64,000 nt of DNA from a virus. Lineage: Duplodnaviria > Caudoviricetes. Shown here one piece after another: positions 1 to 7,006 of the stretch; positions within the stretch are counted from its first letter, which is position 1; every line of letters starts with the position of its first letter. Where the stretch lies: IMG/VR virus record IMGVR_UViG_3300017917_001910, positions 51,253 through 115,252 of that record; one strand, given 5' to 3'. Made by a program: the position numbers and the translations under genes. The notes beneath the pieces were generated by a model. That model was not told the origin of the DNA. It did not search any database and saw only the letters and a program-made list of their open reading frames with translations.

Positions 1-114
1 TTCTTTTTCTTTAGCGCTTTTACGATCATTATCAATAATCGTTTGTTGTCTGTCAATTTCTAAACGAGTTTCTTCTAATCTATCTTTTACGATATCTTCA
101 CGAGATCTAGCCAT
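1..114 (-). CDS. N-terminus of a gene running off the window edge, possibly the tape measure protein
   Basis: ATG at 114 with an open frame to position 1 (MARSREDIVKDRLEETRLEIDRQQ...), helical character, located downstream of the tail chaperone genes. Confidence 0.45.
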   Translation of the reverse strand, partial: MARSREDIVKDRLEETRLEIDRQQTIIDNDRKSAKEKE

Positions 115-118
115 ATTT

Positions 119-379
119 TTATTTAACTCTTAATTCTTTTTTATGAATAGCAATTTTATTTTTATGAGTTTCTATCGCTTTCTTATATTTCTCAGTTTTT
201 TTAGATGCGCCGTATTTCTTTTCATATGAATCAACAGTTGCCTGGGCTTTTCTACGTTGCTTATCAGCAGCTTTAAGAGCCTTTAACACTTCTGGATCTT
301 TTTTCCATTTATTTTTAGCGTCATGATAATTAGGGCCAAATAATGTTCCTAATACAGTTGCAAATAATCCTCCTAACAT
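119..379 (-). CDS. Hypothetical basic protein
   Basis: 86-aa ORF, preceded by a late-promoter-like motif at about 400-408. Confidence 0.6.
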   Translation of the reverse strand: MLGGLFATVLGTLFGPNYHDAKNKWKKDPEVLKALKAADKQRRKAQATVDSYEKKYGASKKTEKYKKAIETHKNKIAIHKKELRVK

Positions 380-419
380 ACTTTATAGTCTTTTATATTA
401 TTAATTATCGTTATACAGT

Positions 420-444
420 AAAAAAGCCCTTTTTATTAGGGCTT
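420..444 (-). terminator. Rho-independent terminator
   Basis: AGCCCT/AGGGCT stem followed by a T-run on the minus strand. Confidence 0.75.
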
Positions 445-678
445 TCTTTTATTGAAGTTTGGTTTAGAAATCTTCGGCATTTTACTTTTTGCTTCTGAAG
501 TTTGTTTTTCAATTTCTTCATTTTCTTTATTAATAAAGTCATTGATTTGTTTAATATAGAATCTTCGAAGCCACACGGGAAAGGAATACACGCTCTCCCA
601 CGTAAATCCTCCTTTGCCATGATATACCAAGTTAAATATCTCGGTATGCAGAATGGGCCTATAGTTAGGCCCCAGGCC
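436..678 (-). CDS. T4 gp51-like tail/baseplate assembly chaperone segment, probably reached by a +1 frameshift from the upstream gene
   Basis: Frame GLGPNYRPILHTEIFNLVYHGKGGFTWESVYSFPVWLRRFYIKQI has no ATG ahead of this segment (the ORF track uses TTG at 630) and overlaps a T7 run at the end of the upstream gene. Confidence 0.6.
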   Translation of the reverse strand, partial: GLGPNYRPILHTEIFNLVYHGKGGFTWESVYSFPVWLRRFYIKQINDFINKENEEIEKQTSEAKSKMPKISKPNFNKRKP

Positions 679-1519
679 AAAAAAAGTCCACTCCCACAGG
701 TAAATTTACTTTCCCTTCGTAGAAGCACTCTTGACATAAAAAATCAACATTAAAATCTACACCTGGAGATATAGTTTTAATATGTTCTCTTAAAGCCCTT
801 GAATCCTGAGCAAATAATTCACTATCAACAAAATCACTAATATATTTTCTATCGTCATTACCATCAACTGCAATAATAATATATTTTAATCTTGTAGTAA
901 GGTCTTTACTAATACCTGATTTATTTGTCTTTTTAAGATTTTCAAGTTCTAATTGTATTTTCTTTTCATCTCCGTGAGTAAGTAATTTAAATATTACTTC
1001 TCTGTTTGAAGCTGGAAGAATAAATTTGAATTCATTTGCATTAATCATTTCGGCTTTTTCAATATCAAATTCCTTTTCTTTTAATGTATTTAAATCAAAC
1101 GATACTTTAGATTCTTTATCACATTCAGGGCAAGTGCAAGTAGCATCATACATTTTTCCGTATCCTAAAATTCTCGCAGCAATCATAATAGCATCTTTAT
1201 CAGCGCCAATTAAATCATTATACTTAATAGGAGTTACGATTAATGCTTGAAATAATTTGTCTAATACAACACCTTGTTTAATTAATGATTGTGTTGTAAG
1301 AATATCTTCTTCAGCAGCAGTCATATATTTTAATTCAATAGTGCCACTTCTTAATGGAGAATCTTCTGGATATAATAATCCTTTAGATGGTAATGAAATT
1401 ACTTCTGTTGGGAAATTATGTGTTCTAACTTCTTTTTGCTTGTATTCTTGAATAATACTGTTTTTTAAATCTTGGATAGATGATTTATCCATTGGATAAT
1501 TGTCGTTTACTATACTCAT
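665..1519 (-). CDS. T4 gp26-like baseplate hub / tail assembly chaperone
   Basis: LPSKGLLYP and MTAAEEDIL motifs, two CxxC pairs, C-terminal DFFWP. Confidence 0.75.
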   Translation of the reverse strand: MSIVNDNYPMDKSSIQDLKNSIIQEYKQKEVRTHNFPTEVISLPSKGLLYPEDSPLRSGTIELKYMTAAEEDILTTQSLIKQGVVLDKLFQALIVTPIKYNDLIGADKDAIMIAARILGYGKMYDATCTCPECDKESKVSFDLNTLKEKEFDIEKAEMINANEFKFILPASNREVIFKLLTHGDEKKIQLELENLKKTNKSGISKDLTTRLKYIIIAVDGNDDRKYISDFVDSELFAQDSRALREHIKTISPGVDFNVDFLCQECFYEGKVNLPVGVDFFWPGA

Positions 1520-1563
1520 AACGTATTTATTTTATTATAATTATTTAAGATGAAAGATAGTAA

Positions 1564-2160
1564 TTATACTATTTTTTGTGCCATAGCTTGAATTTCTGAT
1601 GCCTTTATACCTAACAATCCGCCTTCACCTGCTAATGTAGCTAATGAATGTATATCTGGTAAGCCAGAAACAGTTGCAATTGCACAGGCAGATAAGATAG
1701 TTAAATATAATCCATGCGCATGTTTGTATAAAAGAGAACTTTTATCCTCCCAATTTTGAAGGCGGTATTTATCTGGAAATGCGGCTTGTAATAATGAAGC
1801 TAATCCAGATATATATGCATCATGTAATTCATGTCCCCATTTTTTAAGCGTATTACCAAACTTAGTCTCTGCATAAGGATCATTTTTTATATATTTTACT
1901 AGATTATTAGTAGCATTTCCTAAAGCTTCTAATATACCTGGTGCGCTAGCAATTGCCCCGAATGTTAATGCTAATCCTTCTTGTAATTCTTCTTCTTGAG
2001 GTTCAATTGTTTTAGCATCTTGTTTAATTGATTGTATAGATTGTTTAAAGGCTTGAATTAAATCTTCAGATTCGCCTTCCATTAATCTATTATATTCACT
2101 TAATGTAATAATTCCAGCTTGTTTTTGAAATCTTAATTTTTCTTTTAATGTTAAGCTCAT
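1564..2160 (-). CDS. Hypothetical protein, putative internal head protein
   Basis: N-terminal RFQKQAGIITLSEY resembles the next gene's N-terminus and the scaffold C-terminus. Confidence 0.6.
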   Translation of the reverse strand: MSLTLKEKLRFQKQAGIITLSEYNRLMEGESEDLIQAFKQSIQSIKQDAKTIEPQEEELQEGLALTFGAIASAPGILEALGNATNNLVKYIKNDPYAETKFGNTLKKWGHELHDAYISGLASLLQAAFPDKYRLQNWEDKSSLLYKHAHGLYLTILSACAIATVSGLPDIHSLATLAGEGGLLGIKASEIQAMAQKIV

Positions 2161-2175
2161 GTTAATATTTATATT

Positions 2176-3594
2176 TTATGCTATATTAGATATGTCTTGT
2201 TGGGTTGGTACTTTTATATTATTTGATGCAATCGTATTCATAAGATCTATAAAATTTTTCTTTTTTTGCTGTTCATTACCTTTTAAAGAATTCATAATAT
2301 CTTGAAAATGTGTATTATCTTTAATTTTATCACTATTCATCATTTTATTATAATCTTTTTCAGTAAAATCACTTTTTCTAGCATCATATATATTTAACTT
2401 TTGTAACAAATATCTTACAGGCTGTAGTCTATTAATAAATTCAGTCGGAGTAGTAACATAATCAAATTCCCTACCACCAGATCTATATTCTTTAGATTGA
2501 TTACCGCCATTAGTATATTTATAAATTTTTTCTTTAGTAGAAGCGGGTATTCTATAACCCCCATCGTCGACTGCATGTCCTAATTCATGCGCTGGTATAG
2601 TCTCATATCCAGGAGTATTAAATCCTTTTTCAATATAAATATTCCCTTGTTTATCGTATTTTTTTTTATTTGAACTTGGCTCGTATTTATTCTTAACCCA
2701 TTTTTGTTGTACATAATCCCATCTTTCTCCTTCATATTTTTTACCTATATACATTCCACTGAAATATCCTGGTTCTTTTCCTATTGCATTAACAAACTGC
2801 GTTTTATTTTTTACGCTTTGTAAATTATTAAGTCTAACATCTCTCTCATTTTCAATCCATTTTTTATCTTTACCAGGAAATTCTTTTTGTAGTCTTTGTA
2901 AATATTGTGGAGATTGAAGATAGGAAAGCCACCAATTATATTGACTTGCTAATTCTTCTTTAGCATTTGGGCTTGTTTTTATTACAGTTTCAATTGCAGG
3001 TTCTTTACGTAAAACGTCTCTCTGCGCAGCGGTTAATGAAGGGCTACCTAATACTGCAGATATAATACCTAAAGTTAACATTCCTTGTTTAGCATATGAT
3101 TTTAATTTATCTAATAAAGTGTTAAATGCTCCTTCATTTAAAGTGCTTAATAAATCATCTACAATTTTTTGTTCTTTATCAGATAATTCATTAGATTTTT
3201 CTTTTTCAAATTCTTTTAAATCTTGTGTTACTGGCATATCATTAATTATTAGATCTGTACCACTCTCAAATCCAACAATATTACCTATCTTTAATATCTT
3301 ACCACGAGAGTCTCTTAACATTAATTTAAGATTACCTTTAGGTTTAACATAATTATCTTGAAAAATTTCTATTATATCATCAACATCCCATTTACCTGTT
3401 ATGGTAGTTGGTTTAGAATCTATATCAAAAGTAACTTCTTTTTTTGTGTTGTTATCAGTAACGGTCAATTGGTAGTCTTTATATGACTTATGTTGACCTT
3501 GTTTGAATTCTTCTAACTTTTGTTTATATTGAGATTCTGTAATGATTCTTGCTGTTCTTTGCAAGTCTAATCGTTCTTTTAAAGTTAAGTTCAT
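2176..3594 (-). CDS. Putative internal head protein with a C-terminal zincin (HExxH) metallopeptidase-like domain
   Basis: N-terminal LQRTARIITESQY; AHELGH motif with a downstream Glu (TPTEF). Confidence 0.55.
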   Translation of the reverse strand: MNLTLKERLDLQRTARIITESQYKQKLEEFKQGQHKSYKDYQLTVTDNNTKKEVTFDIDSKPTTITGKWDVDDIIEIFQDNYVKPKGNLKLMLRDSRGKILKIGNIVGFESGTDLIINDMPVTQDLKEFEKEKSNELSDKEQKIVDDLLSTLNEGAFNTLLDKLKSYAKQGMLTLGIISAVLGSPSLTAAQRDVLRKEPAIETVIKTSPNAKEELASQYNWWLSYLQSPQYLQRLQKEFPGKDKKWIENERDVRLNNLQSVKNKTQFVNAIGKEPGYFSGMYIGKKYEGERWDYVQQKWVKNKYEPSSNKKKYDKQGNIYIEKGFNTPGYETIPAHELGHAVDDGGYRIPASTKEKIYKYTNGGNQSKEYRSGGREFDYVTTPTEFINRLQPVRYLLQKLNIYDARKSDFTEKDYNKMMNSDKIKDNTHFQDIMNSLKGNEQQKKKNFIDLMNTIASNNIKVPTQQDISNIA

Positions 3595-3628
3595 ATTAAA
3601 TGATTTATTATAATTATCTTAAATCATG

Positions 3629-3655
3629 AAAAAAGCCCGCATTTTATTGCGAGCT
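3629..3655 (-). terminator. Rho-independent terminator
   Basis: AGCTCGCA/TGCGGGCT stem plus T-run. Confidence 0.7.
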
Positions 3656-3699
3656 AATTTCGGGGTAACTTCGGGAAAAGTTAATATTGTTATTATTTA

Positions 3700-4041
3700 T
3701 TATAATTCATTATTAGATTGGACTAATCCAGATTTAGCTAACAATCGTATGATATCCTGACCGTTATTAAAAAATCCATTTAAATACTCAGCATTAAAAG
3801 ATTCTGTTGTATCAAAGTCAGGTGCTTGACACCATTCTTGCATACCTAAAAAGAATTCTCTACCCTTCGGAGTAAATATTACATCATTTAAAGTTATTGA
3901 TTCTTTAACTGGTTCTTCTTTTTCTTGTTTAGATTCGTACTCATCCATTACTTCTTGAATAGTAGGTAATGGTTTGCCAGGTTTACGTTCCCATGCATAT
4001 CCTTCTTTAAGAAGTGATTTTAGTTTTATTTGTTTTGACAT
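3700..4041 (-). CDS. Hypothetical protein, putative internal head protein
   Basis: N-terminal IKLKSLLKE propeptide-like motif. Confidence 0.6.
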   Translation of the reverse strand: MSKQIKLKSLLKEGYAWERKPGKPLPTIQEVMDEYESKQEKEEPVKESITLNDVIFTPKGREFFLGMQEWCQAPDFDTTESFNAEYLNGFFNNGQDIIRLLAKSGLVQSNNEL

Positions 4042-4048
4042 TTTTAGT

Positions 4049-4420
4049 TTAACTTAAAAATCTTAATTTATATAATGTGCTTGTTATCAACGTAACAATA
4101 TTATCTATTTCATTTTGAAGGTTTGAATCTTCTTTAACAGAGCCCCTTAAATCTTCAACGGTTTTTAATAATGCTTTAAAATATTTTATAGTATTAGCAG
4201 TATTTTCATAATTATTAAGAGCATAATTTTCATAGCTATTTATAATATCATACTTACCTTGAAACGATTCTACTAACGTATCTACTAATCCAACTATTAA
4301 ATCATAATATTCATTTAATGCTTTATGTTCAGCATATGATTTAGTTTGTAAATGAAATATATGTACCTGCGTAGAAGAATGTAACAGATATGAAATTAAT
4401 TTTATAAATTCTTTGTTCAT
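4049..4420 (-). CDS. Ferritin/Dps-like four-helix protein (DUF5856-like)
   Basis: HIFHLQTKSYAEHKALNEYY...DTLVE pattern resembles Dps ferroxidase ligands. Confidence 0.65.
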   Translation of the reverse strand: MNKEFIKLISYLLHSSTQVHIFHLQTKSYAEHKALNEYYDLIVGLVDTLVESFQGKYDIINSYENYALNNYENTANTIKYFKALLKTVEDLRGSVKEDSNLQNEIDNIVTLITSTLYKLRFLS

Positions 4421-4429
4421 CGTTTATTG

Positions 4430-4461
4430 TAAATATAAATGAAAAATCTCAAAATGCCTAA
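4430..4461 (-). promoter_or_regulatory. Bacteroidota sigma70-type promoter
   Basis: TTAG-N20-TATATTTA. Confidence 0.65.
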
Positions 4462-4491
4462 TGATTTTGTTATTTTTAAATTAAGTAAAAA

Positions 4492-4983
4492 TCAATAGTT
4501 AAGTATAGCATAATCATAGGTAACGGTAACTGTAATAGTAACAGCTTCTCCGTCATTCGCCCAATCCATTTCATTGAAGTTAGCATCTGAACACCAAGCA
4601 CCTTTTAATACCCATTCTTCTACTTTATCACCTACAGGACCTAACATGTTAAATGTAACGTCTTTTTTATAGAAGTCACTATAACCATCACGACCTGTTA
4701 CGCTTTCATGTCCTAGACGAATCCATTCCATTACTGCTTGAGCTCCTGAAGGAACAATTGGGTCATATAAAGTAATAGTGAGATCTTGCCAACGAGACTT
4801 ACCTTTTACTTTTCTGTCTACGTTAATATGATCTAACGTTGTAACAGTTGATGTTAATTGAGGTCTTCCTGCTGCTTTAATAATAAAAGAAGGAATTCCT
4901 TCAATATACATGAAGAATCTATTTGTTTGTTTTGGTTCCCAACTCTGGAACATTATTTCAGCTGGGTCTAAAATTTCTGGCAT
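4492..4983 (-). CDS. Tail tube protein (T4 gp19-like)
   Basis: EPKQTNRF, WQDLTITLYDP, YKKDVTFNMLGPVG..VEEWVLKGAW, YDYA motifs. Confidence 0.9.
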   Translation of the reverse strand: MPEILDPAEIMFQSWEPKQTNRFFMYIEGIPSFIIKAAGRPQLTSTVTTLDHINVDRKVKGKSRWQDLTITLYDPIVPSGAQAVMEWIRLGHESVTGRDGYSDFYKKDVTFNMLGPVGDKVEEWVLKGAWCSDANFNEMDWANDGEAVTITVTVTYDYAILNY

Positions 4984-5045
4984 AGTATTATATGTTTAAA
5001 TTTGTTATTTATTATAATTATTGTTAAGTGTTAAAAACTAATGTA

Positions 5046-5672
5046 TTATTTCTTACGTAAGAACGTATCTAATAAAACGCCTATTTGAGCTGCATGAGTC
5101 TTTAAACTATCATATGCTTCGTCACTTAATTCTTTTTTACGTTTTATTGATTCTGCTGAAAGAACTCCGATCATTTTGCCGTCAATATTCTTAAGAGCAA
5201 ACATATATGAAGATTTACAGTTTGTTTCTTCTGCTAAATATCGTAGTCCGTAAGTAGCTGTTTCTTCATTTTTATAATCAGTGATAGTAATTTTATCATG
5301 ATCTAAAAGTCTATTAATAGATTTACTAAATAAGTTTATTGGTATATTTTGAAAGTTATGTCTTATTGATTCTGCTTCAGCAGTTACTGCTTCGTAAATC
5401 ATTGAAAACTTTTGAATAGATTTACCTGTAGGATAAAAATGTCCTCCATTATGGAATTGAGTTATCCATACACGATCTAAACCCGTTTCATCTAAGATTT
5501 GATCTAATACTTTACAAATAATTTCTCCGTTTGCTGCCGCATCTTTAATAGGGTCTTTAGTTTTTTTATGTTCTTGAAGATAATGCCTTACTATTAATAT
5601 TAATATAGGCCCTAGAACACCGGTTAAGAACGCCGGTAATGAACTAGATATGATATTTAATATACTTTCCAT
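5046..5672 (-). CDS. Membrane-anchored GAF-like protein, candidate T4 gpT-type holin
   Basis: Single N-terminal TM helix followed by a GAF-like pattern (DRVWITQFHNGG...MIGVL...AAQIGVLL). Confidence 0.55.
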   Translation of the reverse strand: MESILNIISSSLPAFLTGVLGPILILIVRHYLQEHKKTKDPIKDAAANGEIICKVLDQILDETGLDRVWITQFHNGGHFYPTGKSIQKFSMIYEAVTAEAESIRHNFQNIPINLFSKSINRLLDHDKITITDYKNEETATYGLRYLAEETNCKSSYMFALKNIDGKMIGVLSAESIKRKKELSDEAYDSLKTHAAQIGVLLDTFLRKK

Positions 5673-5697
5673 TGATTAATAATACAGTTCGTTAGAC

Positions 5698-6363
5698 TTA
5701 AGATATTTTAGTTAGTTGTGGAGTATATTTTGAGATCTTAACTCCTTTTAATTCAGGACGAGCTTTAATATCTTTAGACATTGAAAATGCTCCAGGCCCA
5801 TTTAATTTAAGTATAAGATCATTTGGATTTCCTTTTGATGGAAGCATAGTTACTTTTACTTCTGGAAATTTTTTGCTTTTACCCGTTGTTAAGTTATCTA
5901 ATAAAGCTTTAATGTTTATCATAGCTTCATCTCTATTTCCAGGAACTGTTAAACGATAAGCTACTGCTGTATCATAATCTACTGATTCAGATATTTTTGG
6001 CACTTTACCTTCTTCAGATGCCATTTTTGATATACGATTAAATACATCATGATCTTTTTCATCCCATGTATTTTCTGGCTTCTTAGATAAAAAGAAGTCA
6101 GGCCCCATTAACTGAGCTATAATTTTATGTTTTGGAGTGGTATTAGTTTGTTCTGATATTACTTCTTTAATGACTTCTTGAATCATTTTAGTTAGCTCTG
6201 ATTTTTTCATAGTATTAGTTTTACCTTCATTAGCATTTGCATATAATGCTTTTAGTTGAGCCTCTGCTTTTTTATGAGACATTGGTTCTTTTGAAAATTC
6301 TTTAGATGTTCCTTTTTTGAACACTTTATATCCTTCTCCGGATTTTTTTATTTCGTATGGCAT
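5698..6363 (-). CDS. Hypothetical protein (start re-placed at MPYEIKK)
   Basis: Internal MKKSELTKMIQEVIKEVISE propeptide-like motif; the longer ORF would overlap the neighbouring gene. Confidence 0.6.
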   Translation of the reverse strand: MPYEIKKSGEGYKVFKKGTSKEFSKEPMSHKKAEAQLKALYANANEGKTNTMKKSELTKMIQEVIKEVISEQTNTTPKHKIIAQLMGPDFFLSKKPENTWDEKDHDVFNRISKMASEEGKVPKISESVDYDTAVAYRLTVPGNRDEAMINIKALLDNLTTGKSKKFPEVKVTMLPSKGNPNDLILKLNGPGAFSMSKDIKARPELKGVKISKYTPQLTKIS

Positions 6364-6389
6364 ATTAATTATTTTTATGTTTATTTTTA

Positions 6390-6761
6390 TTACCAAGCTT
6401 TGCAACTCCAGTAGCGTGCTTTCCAACGAGGTCCGGGAGTATCGCACTTATGACGTGCTCTGAATGATTTTCTTCTCGCAGGAATGTTTTTCTTTATTCT
6501 CATATTTGGGTCGCCAAAGTTTACTTTAACAACATTACCTTTATCGTTCTTAACATATACACTACGCTTTTTAGGGCCGCCTGGAGTTAAGAATGGCTTT
6601 CCTAATGATACCTTTCTTCCTTGATATTCAGCTTCTCCAATTATTGGATTGGCTTTAAGCTCTTGAAGAAATTTAATGGCACATGAATTGCACATTGTTT
6701 GCTCAGATTCCATTTCTTCTAAGCATTCTCTTATTAATGATTCAAGTAATAGTTTTTTCAT
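6390..6761 (-). CDS. Conserved phage protein (DUF6321-like)
   Basis: VNFGDPNMRIKK...RRKSFRARHKC...ARYWSCKAW motif. Confidence 0.7.
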   Translation of the reverse strand: MKKLLLESLIRECLEEMESEQTMCNSCAIKFLQELKANPIIGEAEYQGRKVSLGKPFLTPGGPKKRSVYVKNDKGNVVKVNFGDPNMRIKKNIPARRKSFRARHKCDTPGPRWKARYWSCKAW

Positions 6762-6913
6762 CTTCCTTGACCTCTATATGGTTTTTTATAATATTTTGAT
6801 TTTTTATTATTGCTCGTTCTTTTTTTAGAAACAATACCCGAGCGCTTTTTCTTAGCTTTTTTATGAAACGCTTTAATATTAGTTGAAGATTTTTTATCTG
6901 GTTTCTTTGCCAT
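6758..6913 (-). CDS. Small, very basic protein not in the ORF track
   Basis: MAKKPDKKSS...SKYYKKPYRGQGR (51 aa), ATGA overlap with the next gene, late motif upstream. Confidence 0.75.
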   Translation of the reverse strand: MAKKPDKKSSTNIKAFHKKAKKKRSGIVSKKRTSNNKKSKYYKKPYRGQGR

Positions 6914-6941
6914 TGATTTTTATAATAAATATCGTATGTAC

Positions 6942-6977
6942 AAAAAAACAGCCCTATATTTTTTAGATATAGAGCTG
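6942..6977 (-). terminator. Terminator after the sheath gene
   Basis: CAGCTCTATAT/ATATAGGGCTG stem plus T7. Confidence 0.7.
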
Positions 6978-7006
6978 CTCTTGTTAAGTTAGATTTATGT
7001 TATAAA

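Noticed and set aside
411-737. 108-aa minus-strand ORF, which is the -1 frame at the chaperone slippery site
   Set aside because: It runs through the terminator hairpin, its composition is not protein-like, and a -1 slip would need tRNA-Phe on CUU. The +1 frame is the gp51-like one.
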